Positions 34,975-44,623 of a DNA stretch of 59,702 nucleotides are shown one piece after another. Origin of the DNA: an uncultured Alphaproteobacteria bacterium (lineage in GTDB: Bacteria; Pseudomonadota; Alphaproteobacteria; JAJFIK01); assembly GCA_964531285.1 (NCBI GenBank), contig CAZHDI010000010.1, positions 1 through 59,702 on the forward strand, read 5' to 3'. The translations under genes were made by a program, and so were the position numbers. Every line of letters starts with the position of its first letter. Positions within the stretch are counted from its first letter, which is position 1. A model generated the notes under the pieces. That model was given only the letters and a program-made list of their open reading frames with translations, was not told where the DNA came from and searched no databases.

Positions 34975-36045
34975 TTAGGGACGGAGAAAGTCGAGGGCAA
35001 CGGGTTGTCCGGTTTCGATGGAATGCTGTGCGGCAAGGCCCATCTGCACCGAGCGCAGACCATCAAGCGCGGAGACATCCGGGTCAAGACCCTGGTCAAG
35101 CGCCCGGTCAAAACGGCGGAGTTGATAATAGGTGGCACCGTGGTGACTACCGGCGGCGAGGGCCTCGGCGGGGACGGCGACATGCTCCAGTGTGGTGCCT
35201 TGCCGGTCGCGGGGATGCCAACCCAGCATGCCGGACGGTATCTTGACTTCCCATTTGCCGTGAGGGCCGACGGCGTAGATCTCCTCTTGTTCGGGCGATC
35301 CCTCCGCAAACATGCATAGATCGAGTACTGCTCTGGCCCCGCCCGCAAAATCGACGATGACATAGGCATTGTCCAGAATATCAGGCGCCCTACCGTCATA
35401 GCGTTCATGGAGATGATTCACATCCTGACCGCCGCTCGCGTAAACGCGGACGGGTTCATCGCGCAGAATGTGGCGCATCAGATCGAAAAAGTGACAGCAT
35501 TTTTCAACCAGCGTGCCGCCGGTGTTCGCGTTGAAGCGGTTCCAGTCACCGACTTTCGGCAGGAACGGGAAACGGTGTTCACGGATCGTCAGCATTTTGA
35601 CCGGTCCGGCCGGGCCGGTGTGGACCCGCTCGATGAACGCGGTCACCGGCGGCATGAAGCGGTATTCCAGCCCGACCCAGAACAGACCGGAATAGGTGTC
35701 TGCCTCCCGGCAGAGCGCCACAGCGTCCGGTTCCGTCGTGCACATCGGTTTTTCCAGCAGGATCGCCTTGCCGGTGCGCATCAGCATGCGCGCGATTGTG
35801 TAATGGGTATGGTTGGGCGCGGCAACAATGAAGGCGTCGATGTCCTGACGATCGAGCAGCGCCGCGATATGCTGCACCGCATCGACGGGACCGATCAGGC
35901 GCTCGGCGAGGGTCCGGGCCGTGTCGAGCGATCCGCGGTCGGGATCGGCCAATGCAACGACCTGAACATCTGGCAGGAGCGCGGCATTACACAAATGTTC
36001 GCATCCCATCATGCCGGTCCCGATAATGGCATATCTGCGCGGCAT
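34975..36045 (-). CDS. Gfo/Idh/MocA-family NAD(P)-dependent oxidoreductase
   Basis: MPRRYAIIGTGMMGCEHL Rossmann N-terminus. ATG at 36045 is preceded by AAGGAG. Confidence 0.85.
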   Translation of the reverse strand: MPRRYAIIGTGMMGCEHLCNAALLPDVQVVALADPDRGSLDTARTLAERLIGPVDAVQHIAALLDRQDIDAFIVAAPNHTHYTIARMLMRTGKAILLEKPMCTTEPDAVALCREADTYSGLFWVGLEYRFMPPVTAFIERVHTGPAGPVKMLTIREHRFPFLPKVGDWNRFNANTGGTLVEKCCHFFDLMRHILRDEPVRVYASGGQDVNHLHERYDGRAPDILDNAYVIVDFAGGARAVLDLCMFAEGSPEQEEIYAVGPHGKWEVKIPSGMLGWHPRDRQGTTLEHVAVPAEALAAGSHHGATYYQLRRFDRALDQGLDPDVSALDGLRSVQMGLAAQHSIETGQPVALDFLRP

Positions 36046-36209
36046 ATCCTGCTCCTTGATGCGCGTGTGCACAGGTGCAGGCCTTATAGCAGATGGGCGA
36101 TCCCGAGGGCGGCACGATCTTGCGAGCGACGCGATCCGACGTAAGCGGTGTCCGGGCGGGCACGGACGCTGAGGGGGTAGAACAGTTTGATGGATATGGC
36201 GCCGGTGGC

Positions 36210-37700
36210 TTAATGCATTATGTTTGCGTCCGGCCACATGTTGGCAATCAGGACGGCAAGGTCCTGCACCACGTCGCCGTAGCTTGGATCTTCGGCCAGA
36301 TTATGGTGCTCGCCAGGGTCGGCGGCGAGATCGTACAACTCGCGGTCGACGGTCCCGGCGCCATGCCATTCCGTGTACCGATAAGGGCCTGACCGGACAC
36401 TGCGGCCATGAATCGATCCGTTGACGATTTCGCTGAAAGCAGCGGTCTCACCAGGCGCATCCGGGTCAGCAATCTGGCCGGCGAAGCTCGTGCCCTCCAA
36501 ATGCGCCGGTGCTGGCAAACCGGCCAGGTCAAGCAAAGTGGGATAAAGATCGACCAGTTCCACGAACGCGTCTGAGACCGCGCCATGCGGGCCATCGGGC
36601 AGCGCCACGATCAAGGGAACGCGGGTGGCTTCCTCGAACAGCATATGTTTGGACCACAGCCCGCCATGCTCGCCGAGCAGGAAGCCGTGATCGCTGAAGA
36701 ACACGACAATCGTGTTATCCGCCAATCCGGACGTCTCCAGAGCATTCAGAACCAGTCCCACCTGGGTATCGACGAGGCTCACGGTCGCATGATAGGCGGC
36801 GCGGGCCTGGCGGACCTGCTCCGGCGTGTGAGCGAGATAATCCGGTACCAGCCGATAGGCGGCGCGCGGCATGTCGGCGCGATCGTTTTCGACCGTCACG
36901 GGCAGGCCGACAGTGTCGAGCGGATGCTGATCGAAATAGGTCCGCGGTGCAACCCAGGGCAGGTGCGGCTTGTGAAACCCGGCGGCGATGAAGAACGGCT
37001 CGCCGGTGCCGCTCTCGCCATGGGCCGTCAGAAGATCGGCGACCCGGCGCGCGGTGCCGCCATCGGGCGTTTGTGCATCGGTCTGATCGGTGGCGCGCCA
37101 CACAAGGGGCAGTCCGGCCCGGCGGCCGAGCCGCCGAAGCATCTGATCCCGGGTCAATCCGTCCTCTGCGCCATCGACCCAGGTGTTGTCGCGCACCTGT
37201 GAACGATCCGTTCCCGGCATGTCATAAGGATTGACCGGTGTATTCTCGGAGATGTCCCAAGAGACCGAGTCGTTGAAACGGTCATGGGACACTTTGCCGA
37301 TGCGGGCCGTGCGGTAGCCGTGATCAGCGAAATGCTCCGGCAGCATACGGATGGCGCCAACAGCCTCGCGCGGCGGTGTGCCGCCCGTGTAGACCCGTGT
37401 GGTACCCGGCCGCGTGCCACTCAGAAAGGACGCGCGGGAGGGATTGCATAACGGGTACTGAACATAGGCCCGTTCGAAGCGGACGCCGCGCGCGGCCAGC
37501 GCATCCATATGGGGAGTGACGGCGGTGGGATGGCCATAACTGCCGAGCGCCGTGTTGAGATCGTCGACGATGATCATCAGGACATTGGGACGCGTCTCGG
37601 CCGCCGACGCGGACGGCTGCATGCCAAGCATCAGCGACATCGACAGGACCGCCAGACAGGCGCGGCGCGGGATCGCGGCGGTTGGACCGTGACAGGGCAT
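36210..37700 (-). CDS. secreted sulfatase (iduronate/choline-sulfatase-like)
   Basis: Signal peptide (possibly Tat, with RR). PNVLMIIVDDLN and C-N-P-S-R (PLCNPSRASFLSGTRPG). ATG at 37700 is preceded by AGGGAG. Confidence 0.9.
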   Translation of the reverse strand: MPCHGPTAAIPRRACLAVLSMSLMLGMQPSASAAETRPNVLMIIVDDLNTALGSYGHPTAVTPHMDALAARGVRFERAYVQYPLCNPSRASFLSGTRPGTTRVYTGGTPPREAVGAIRMLPEHFADHGYRTARIGKVSHDRFNDSVSWDISENTPVNPYDMPGTDRSQVRDNTWVDGAEDGLTRDQMLRRLGRRAGLPLVWRATDQTDAQTPDGGTARRVADLLTAHGESGTGEPFFIAAGFHKPHLPWVAPRTYFDQHPLDTVGLPVTVENDRADMPRAAYRLVPDYLAHTPEQVRQARAAYHATVSLVDTQVGLVLNALETSGLADNTIVVFFSDHGFLLGEHGGLWSKHMLFEEATRVPLIVALPDGPHGAVSDAFVELVDLYPTLLDLAGLPAPAHLEGTSFAGQIADPDAPGETAAFSEIVNGSIHGRSVRSGPYRYTEWHGAGTVDRELYDLAADPGEHHNLAEDPSYGDVVQDLAVLIANMWPDANIMH

Positions 37701-37876
37701 GGCGTTCTCCCTGAGCTGCGGCTCGATGGCCGGCACTCGTTTGCTTGTTTATGCCTGTCAGCTTAGCGGCGATGGAGCGCGCCGGTCCACACGTCCGTCG
37801 GACGGGTCGTCTTTGGCCCGCCGTGGTGCGCATGATACGGTCCCGCCGCGCGAGCGCACAGGCGGGGCTCTGATCC

Positions 37877-38743
37877 ATGACACGACAGTTTCATTTCATC
37901 TCAGGTTTGCCGCGATCCGGCTCGACATTGCTTGCAGCCCTGCTGCGCCAGAACCCGCGCTTTTACGCCGGCATGTCGGGGCCGGTCGCGAGCCTGTTCG
38001 AGGGTGTGGTCGGGCAGGTGTCGGCCGGGTCGGAACTGTCCAGCATGGTCAATGACGAGCAGCGCGCGCGCATCCTGAAGGGGCTGTTCGACAGTTATTA
38101 TGCCGACCGCCGGGAACCGGTAATTTTCGACACCAACCGCGCCTGGACTGCCAAGATGCCGGCGCTCATGTCGCTGTTTCCCCAGGCCAAGCTGATCTGC
38201 TGCGTGCGGGATATCGCCTGGATCATGGATTCAATGGAGCGCCAGTTCCGGGGCAATGCGTTCGAGAATACCCGGCTCTTCAACAATCCCGGGGAGCGGG
38301 CAACCGTTTACACCAGGGTTGAGGCGCTTGCGCATGCGAACCGGCTGGTCGGTTTTCCGTATCATGCCTTGCGGGAGGCCTGCTGGGGCGAGTTCGCCGA
38401 GCAACTGGTGATCGTCGATTACGATCTCTTGGTGGCGCGGCCTCGGGACGTACTGAGTCTCATCTACCAATTCCTCGGCGAAGAGCCGTTCGAGCATGAC
38501 TTTGACGCGGTCGATTATGATGCACCGGAATTCGACACCCAACTCGGCGTGTCGGGTCTGCATAAGGTCCATCCCAAGGTTGGGCCGCGGCCGCGCCAAA
38601 CCATTCTCCCGCCCGATCTCTTCGAGCGTTACGCGAATATGGCATTCTGGCGGGACCTGAAAAACTGTAAGGCCTACCGCATCGTCAGCCAGCCCTCCCC
38701 GGCGGCGGGGGAACCGCTCGCGCCGTCCCCATCCGTCCTGTAG
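37877..38743 (+). CDS. sulfotransferase family protein
   Basis: N-terminal PAPS-binding loop SGLPRSGSTLL. 288 aa. Divergent from the sulfatase operon. Confidence 0.8.
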   Translation: MTRQFHFISGLPRSGSTLLAALLRQNPRFYAGMSGPVASLFEGVVGQVSAGSELSSMVNDEQRARILKGLFDSYYADRREPVIFDTNRAWTAKMPALMSLFPQAKLICCVRDIAWIMDSMERQFRGNAFENTRLFNNPGERATVYTRVEALAHANRLVGFPYHALREACWGEFAEQLVIVDYDLLVARPRDVLSLIYQFLGEEPFEHDFDAVDYDAPEFDTQLGVSGLHKVHPKVGPRPRQTILPPDLFERYANMAFWRDLKNCKAYRIVSQPSPAAGEPLAPSPSVL

Positions 38744-39051
38744 GTGACCGGCTGTCAGCGCGTCCCCCGTGCGTGAAGGCCCTCTAAACAATTGCCAGTC
38801 GTTTAACAGTTTGGTGATTTCCAAGCTGGGGTCTCCCGGTTTGCGTGCACACGCGCCGGGACGGGTCGGCACGCCGTTCGTCCGCACAGCAAAGCCCAGA
38901 TGACCGCGTCCGGGCCGGGGGTCATCCACGCGGCCTCTCGGCTGTGCTCAGGACGATGGCCATGTGCGTCGCGGCCCTCCGAAATTCGCTCCTAAGCCTG
39001 CCATGGGCCGGTCGTGTCCCAAGCATCGGGGCGGAACATCCAACGAGGGGG

Positions 39052-39969
39052 ATGGAGAGTATGACTGCACTATCGAAACATTTGCTGGGCACCGTGGCGG
39101 GGGCGATCGCCCTCGGTGCGGCGGCGTCCTTGTCGGCGGCGGATGCCCGGCCGATGGATTATGACGCCTCCGGCAGTGGGTTCTTCGTCAATACCGACGG
39201 CGACGTGGTGACCAATCATCATGTGATCGACGGCTGTACGCGGGTGCGTCTGGCGGTCGGCACTCAGATCACGGGCGGGCGCGTGCTGGCGTCCTCTCCG
39301 GTCAACGATCTGGCCGTGGTGCGCGCCGACAATCCGTCCGCTCTGGTAAGCGCGAGCCGGACCCCAGAGACCCCGGCTCCAACTGCGGCACGGGTCCAGT
39401 CCGCGCCGCGTCCGTCCGGCGGTATGGTCGCGATTACGGGCGACAACGATTATCAGTATGGCAACAGTTATCGGGACGAGCGCCCGGGCGGGTCCTACGG
39501 GTCCGGCAGTACCGGAGCGGCTGCCGCTTCCGGCGGTTTGAAGCCTTATGCGGTCTTTCGGGCCGGTCGGCTCACCCAGGGTGAACCGGCGATTGCGCTT
39601 GGTTATCCGTATGCGCCGGCTTTATCGGACCAAGTGAAGATCACCTCCGGGCTGGTCTCAAGCACCGCTGGCTTGCTTAACGACACGACGCGGTTTCAGG
39701 TGTCGACCCCCATCAATCCGGGAAACAGCGGCGGTCCGATCTACGGCAAGGACGGTCTGGTGATCGGGGCATCGGTCTCGGGGCTGAACAACGAAGTCTT
39801 CTCGGCCACCCAGAACAATAATTTCGGGATCAAGACGACCACGATCCTCCAATTCCTGGGCGATCACGGCATCCGGTATCACACCGCAAATGGCGGCACG
39901 GACGTTTCGACCGAAGATCTGTTGAAAACGGCCGGACCGACCACGGTGCATATTTTGTGCAACCAGTGA
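39052..39969 (+). CDS. secreted trypsin-like (S1/S1C) serine protease with low-complexity insert
   Basis: Signal peptide. His in VVTNHHVIDG, Asp in NDLAVVRAD, Ser in NPGNSGGPIY. An alternative ATG exists at 39061. Confidence 0.8.
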   Translation: MESMTALSKHLLGTVAGAIALGAAASLSAADARPMDYDASGSGFFVNTDGDVVTNHHVIDGCTRVRLAVGTQITGGRVLASSPVNDLAVVRADNPSALVSASRTPETPAPTAARVQSAPRPSGGMVAITGDNDYQYGNSYRDERPGGSYGSGSTGAAAASGGLKPYAVFRAGRLTQGEPAIALGYPYAPALSDQVKITSGLVSSTAGLLNDTTRFQVSTPINPGNSGGPIYGKDGLVIGASVSGLNNEVFSATQNNNFGIKTTTILQFLGDHGIRYHTANGGTDVSTEDLLKTAGPTTVHILCNQ

Positions 39970-39998
39970 CCGGCCGGAGTGTGTGGGGAGATCGGGCC

Positions 39999-41396
39999 AT
40001 GATCATCCGGATCGTGATGAGTATCCTGCTCATGCTTGGCGGCGTGGCCGGCGCGGGAACCGCCTGGGCCGCCGACGGGCACGACCGGGCGGAGACGCTC
40101 GTGGTGTGGGGCCATTGGGGATATCTCAAGCGCGATGCCCAGGCCAGCCTGGCGGCCATCCTTGATGCTGGACGCGGCACGGCGCTTGGACGGGAACGCG
40201 ATGCGCTTGCTTCGTTTTCCGATGATTTGGTGAGCCGGCCAGCGGTCGGTCAGGTGCTGAACCAGTGGTCGAGCCATCCTCTGGTGCGCGGCGAGTCCGA
40301 TGTGGCCGCCGCTTATCAGCGGGCTCACGGGCGCCCCGCGCAACCGAAGCATCTGGAGAATCCGGAACGGTATTTCGACCGGGCCTATGCGCTCATTCTG
40401 ATTGGCGGGTTCGAGGATCACTCGCCACTCAAGACCTCGGTTGATATCCGCGGGCAGGTGGTCGATCTGCACCATGATTATTTCACCGCGACCGTGACCG
40501 CCGTTCTCTTCGACCTGAAATCCGATGAGATCGTCCTGTCGGCCACGGCAACGACCGTGCGGCCCGTCAAGGAGCAGGACCGGCCCGTCACCGGTCCGGT
40601 GCGGATTGCCGGATTCTTCCGGGAGGCCTATCAGGGCGCGGCCGACAAAGCGCTCACGCGTCTGACCCGGATTATGGGCCAGACCGCGCCGGATACCGTG
40701 GCGGACCGGTTCGACACCTATATGGTGACCAGCGTGGATATGGCGCCAGCGACGGGGCGCGAAGGCCTTATCAATCCGCGTGCGGTGTTCCAGTTCGATG
40801 GTTACAATGCGCAGGACGATGACTTTTGCCCGCGCCAGGCCCTGTGCCGGAACCGGGATCCAGCTTGCAAATCCTTCGTCAGCATGATGGCCAACGGTGT
40901 CACCAGCGCCTTGTCCCAGGCCGGTCATTTGACCATGCCGCCCTGGGGCGTTTCGGACTGGCGGGCGCGGAGCAATCACAAGATTTCCGTCTCGCTGGCC
41001 TTGCCGCAATTCGATTCGCCGATGGCCAAGCGGGCGCTTGAGTTCACCATCGATCCGCGAAAGGCCCGCTACAAGGTGCGCGCCCGCCTTGACGGCATCA
41101 CCCTGCGCCAGCCCGACAGCGGGTCGCGCTATGTCACCCACAACCGCTATTTTGCGCTTGTCAGCCATACGGCCACCAAGACGCGGATGTCGGCGGACGG
41201 CGCGGCCTGTATTCCGCGCGGTGACCCGGTGGAGGCCGCCGGCGCGGATTTCGTTGGTGTTTATGCGGACAATCCGCCGAGCCATCTGCCGCCGGTCACC
41301 GGCAAAATGGAACGGATGTTCTATTTTGCCGCCATCAACTGTTCCCTGCGCAAGCACGGCGATCCCAATGAGGTGTGCGATGCCCGGCAAAACTGA
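39999..41396 (+). CDS. secreted hypothetical protein
   Basis: Signal peptide (GAGTAWA), protein-like composition, RBS GGGGAG. The long antisense ORF is Arg-rich. Confidence 0.6.
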   Translation: MIIRIVMSILLMLGGVAGAGTAWAADGHDRAETLVVWGHWGYLKRDAQASLAAILDAGRGTALGRERDALASFSDDLVSRPAVGQVLNQWSSHPLVRGESDVAAAYQRAHGRPAQPKHLENPERYFDRAYALILIGGFEDHSPLKTSVDIRGQVVDLHHDYFTATVTAVLFDLKSDEIVLSATATTVRPVKEQDRPVTGPVRIAGFFREAYQGAADKALTRLTRIMGQTAPDTVADRFDTYMVTSVDMAPATGREGLINPRAVFQFDGYNAQDDDFCPRQALCRNRDPACKSFVSMMANGVTSALSQAGHLTMPPWGVSDWRARSNHKISVSLALPQFDSPMAKRALEFTIDPRKARYKVRARLDGITLRQPDSGSRYVTHNRYFALVSHTATKTRMSADGAACIPRGDPVEAAGADFVGVYADNPPSHLPPVTGKMERMFYFAAINCSLRKHGDPNEVCDARQN

Positions 41397-42327
41397 CCGT
41401 TTTATATCCCGTCTTGTCATCGGCGCGGGGCTTTTGATCGGTGCCCTGGTACCGGCGAGCGCTTTGGCGCACAAACATGAGATCATGGTGACGCTGCCGC
41501 CTTCGGGTGATGCTGCGGCTTGTGAGCGCGCCGCGGAGAAAGCGGCGGGGCGCGATGCGGTGGCACAGTCCGTCGCCTGGATCGACGATGCGTACACGAA
41601 CACTGCCAAGATGCAGGCCATGGCCGGGCGGTTCGTCGAGCGGACCATTGTCGAGACGGTCGATGCCTCGGCGGGCGCCTGCTCGGCAACCGTCCTGGTG
41701 CAGATCGACGGCGCGGAATTGGAAGATGCGATGGTCGATGCGGTCGATGTTGGCGGCCGCGACATCGGCATTCTGGTGCACTTTTCGCGGGACGGGGAAC
41801 CGGTGAGCCTGGGCGCCAGCGATGTCTATCTCCCGACCGTGGCGTTCCAGGATGCGCTGGCCCAGACGGGGTTCGAGACCATTCCTTTGGGCGAGATGCA
41901 CAAGGGCTTTCAGTCCATGCAGGATGCCAAGCGCTGTGCTGTCACCGGCGGTGACTTCAAGTTCTGCTACGAGGATCAGGGCCTTGTGGACAGCGTGCTC
42001 GATCTGTTGGACGGGCTGCGGCAGGCCTATCGGGATGCCGGCAACCCGAACATGACCTTCGATACCGCGCCGAAATTCATTCGGCTTTGGAAGGGCAATC
42101 TCGTGGCCGTCGGTACGCTGAGCACCGTCTTGTCGCCGGACGGTTATGCAATGACCGGCACCGCGGCGATCGAGTTTTACTCGGTCAAGGATTCCGGCGC
42201 GGCCGCCGCTCCCTTCGAAAAGCAGTTCAAGATCAATGTTCACGGCGCGCGCGCGGATGCCGAGCGGGCGGTGATCAACAAGCTTGGCGATGCGCTGGCC
42301 CGGCATGCCGCCCAAAATCTGCCCTGA
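41380..42327 (+). CDS. secreted hypothetical protein (two alpha/beta modules)
   Basis: Signal peptide (VPASALA). The start overlaps the previous gene by 17 nt. The track ORF (41038) N-terminus is out of phase with the upstream gene. Confidence 0.6.
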   Translation: MPGKTDRFISRLVIGAGLLIGALVPASALAHKHEIMVTLPPSGDAAACERAAEKAAGRDAVAQSVAWIDDAYTNTAKMQAMAGRFVERTIVETVDASAGACSATVLVQIDGAELEDAMVDAVDVGGRDIGILVHFSRDGEPVSLGASDVYLPTVAFQDALAQTGFETIPLGEMHKGFQSMQDAKRCAVTGGDFKFCYEDQGLVDSVLDLLDGLRQAYRDAGNPNMTFDTAPKFIRLWKGNLVAVGTLSTVLSPDGYAMTGTAAIEFYSVKDSGAAAAPFEKQFKINVHGARADAERAVINKLGDALARHAAQNLP

Positions 42328-42396
42328 TCCGGCAATGGGGCGAAAAGAAGGTCACGGATCTTCGATTTCTTTCACATCCAATCAACGGGGGATGAG

Positions 42397-43338
42397 ATGA
42401 CACAGTTCCGCACCACGACACTCGCCGGGCTCGCGACCGCTGCCGTCCTGGCGTTCGGCACGCTGACCGCCGCACCGGCGCCGGCCCAGGCCAACATGTT
42501 CGGCAAGCTGTTCGCCGGCATGGCCGATGGCATGGAAGAACACGGACCGTGCCTGGCGTTCGGCGACAAACAGATGGATTTTGGGAATTCCCATCAGCGT
42601 GATGACGCCATGGGTCTGCTCAAGGGCTTCGGCGAGCAGTTGGCCGAGGGGGTTGTGAATGACGTCATTCGCGGCTTGGCCGGCAAGTCGCCCTATTGCC
42701 GGACGCAGGACCCGGTCGAAAAGATGATGCTGATGGGCGTCGCGATGGACAATGCGACGTTCCATATCGGCCAGGGTCTGGTCGATGCCGAGTCGGCGCT
42801 GGGGCTGAAAAGCGATCTCCACCGCCAGGTCGCCTCGTTCGACCGGGCGCGTAATGGTGCGACGCTGGCCGAGCAGTTGGGGACGTCGCGGCAGCAGATC
42901 ACCAGTTCCCTGTCCGATGGTGCGGCCAAGGTGTCGCTGGAAATCAAGCGTCTCCAGGCAAGCGGGGGGCTGACCCCGGAAATCCTGACGCGCCTGGATG
43001 CGGCCGACGCCAAGATGCAACGCGGGATTTACTACTACATGATGGCCGGCGCCGGGGCCTATGTGTTCCAGGATCAGCTCAAGAACAATCAGCGGGAGCT
43101 GACCAATGCGCTGCGCAGCTCCGGCCAGTCGGATCTGACACAGGATTTCCTGGTCAGCGTGCCCCGCCGGGCCCTGGCCATCTTCGGCAATCTCGATGGC
43201 GTGGGCGATGTGTCCGGCTCCATCCGGGAAGGCCGGTCGAAAAAAGAATTGAAGAAGCTCAAAAAGGCGACCAAGGCCCAGCACAAGGTGAGCCGCAAGG
43301 AGGCTCAGGAGATCGCTGAACTGTTCGGTCAGGTCTGA
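42397..43338 (+). CDS. secreted hypothetical helical protein with Lys-rich C-terminus
   Basis: Signal peptide (APAPAQA). Helical composition. KKELKKLKKATKAQHK tail. Confidence 0.6.
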   Translation: MTQFRTTTLAGLATAAVLAFGTLTAAPAPAQANMFGKLFAGMADGMEEHGPCLAFGDKQMDFGNSHQRDDAMGLLKGFGEQLAEGVVNDVIRGLAGKSPYCRTQDPVEKMMLMGVAMDNATFHIGQGLVDAESALGLKSDLHRQVASFDRARNGATLAEQLGTSRQQITSSLSDGAAKVSLEIKRLQASGGLTPEILTRLDAADAKMQRGIYYYMMAGAGAYVFQDQLKNNQRELTNALRSSGQSDLTQDFLVSVPRRALAIFGNLDGVGDVSGSIREGRSKKELKKLKKATKAQHKVSRKEAQEIAELFGQV

Positions 43339-43398
43339 TGGACGGCGGGCGGGGCGCGCTCAGCGGTCCGCTCAATCCGTCCCGCTAACCGGCATCGC

Positions 43399-43443
43399 GC
43401 CGAAAAAATATCGAAAAAACAAGGCTTTGCAGATTTTTTCGGC
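43399..43443. promoter_or_regulatory. A/T-rich 11-bp perfect inverted repeat in an intergenic region
   Basis: GCCGAAAAAAT (43399-43409) and ATTTTTTCGGC (43433-43443) separated by 23 nt, about 100 nt upstream of the 43549 gene. Confidence 0.3.
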
Positions 43444-43548
43444 CGCGACGGGAAAAAAGATCCCTGATCTGTCCATAAGCCAGCATGCGAGTTCCAAAGC
43501 TGGTTTTCCGATCCCCGAGGGGGGACGCACTGAAGAAAGGGCGTAGCT

Positions 43549-44514
43549 ATGAAATCTCTTCTGACTGCGGCGGGTATCGCCGTTTCGGCCCTGGCCTGGG
43601 CCTTCACTGCCGCTCCGGCGGCTGCCTATAACGGCGAAGGCCTGTCGCTCGTCGTTCTCGCTGAAGATGCCGACCGTAATTCGGTGCGGGCCGACAGCGA
43701 TATCTTCCGCCGAGTCACCTCGGAGCTGCAACAGCAGTTCGCCGACTACGACTTCAATGTGATCGACGAGGAATTGTGGCTGGCGCGGATGCGCTGGACC
43801 CGCGACACCCGTCTGTCCAAGGGCGATCTGGCCGGACGCATCATGAATGCCTGTAATCAGGGCGACGACATCACCTGCCCGCGGGCGATGGCGGCCATCA
43901 AGATCCGGGCGTATGCGGAGGATCTGGGGTATGGCAGCCGGGCCCAGGTCCGGGTGATGGGCGATGTGCTCGATGCCGAGACCGGACAGTTCCTGGGCAG
44001 CTGGGAGCATCCGCTGATGGAATTCCCGGCGCCGCGCGGGTGCGACGGTGTGTGTATCGAGGAAATCATCGGCAAGAACGCCCGCGATATCGCGACTGTG
44101 CTGGGCGACACGCTCCGAGTGAAGCTTGCGGTCCTGGAGCGCGGCGAAGCGCGGCCGACGCATTCGGGCTACACCTCGGACGATGCTGGCCTCATCAACC
44201 GCTATCTCTTGACCTTCAAGAACTTCAGCCTGCGGGAATATCTGGCGATCGTCGATATGATGTCGTCGGACTTCCCCAAGGGGGTCGGGTTCGGCAAGCA
44301 GACCGGTGCGGTGCCGCTCATCAAGGTGAACTACAACACCCGGGCGAGCAATGAAGAGATCAACCGCTGGCTGAACATTCTCCTCCTGGAGATGGATTAC
44401 CCCGAGACCCACTTTAAGGTTCTCACCCAGCGCAATGGCCGTGAGATCCTGGTGGAAAAGGTCGTGGCCAACGCGCAAGGCCGGCGCAGCAACCCTAGCG
44501 ATCTGTATCACTGA
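43549..44514 (+). CDS. secreted hypothetical protein
   Basis: Signal peptide (TAAPAAA). Protein-like composition. Confidence 0.6.
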   Translation: MKSLLTAAGIAVSALAWAFTAAPAAAYNGEGLSLVVLAEDADRNSVRADSDIFRRVTSELQQQFADYDFNVIDEELWLARMRWTRDTRLSKGDLAGRIMNACNQGDDITCPRAMAAIKIRAYAEDLGYGSRAQVRVMGDVLDAETGQFLGSWEHPLMEFPAPRGCDGVCIEEIIGKNARDIATVLGDTLRVKLAVLERGEARPTHSGYTSDDAGLINRYLLTFKNFSLREYLAIVDMMSSDFPKGVGFGKQTGAVPLIKVNYNTRASNEEINRWLNILLLEMDYPETHFKVLTQRNGREILVEKVVANAQGRRSNPSDLYH

Positions 44515-44623
44515 GGTCTGCAGGGGAGGGGCCCGCCCGGCACCTCCCCCCACCGTCTTTATCGCTTCTGTCAGGTCTGCGTCAGGGCCGCCCGGTGCGG
44601 CTCAACAGGGAAGGAGTGCCCCC

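Noticed and set aside
34953-35408. Long N-terminal extension of the aldo-keto reductase ORF (470-aa version).
   Set aside because: The extension is Pro/Arg/Ser-rich, overlaps the Gfo/Idh/MocA gene, and contains no AKR sequence. An AGGAGG-N6-GTG start at 34952 gives a normal ~319-aa AKR.
39879-41771. 630-aa minus-strand ORF overlapping the secreted-protein genes.
   Set aside because: Arg/Pro/Ala-rich low-complexity translation. The plus-strand genes have signal peptides, RBSs and coupled starts.
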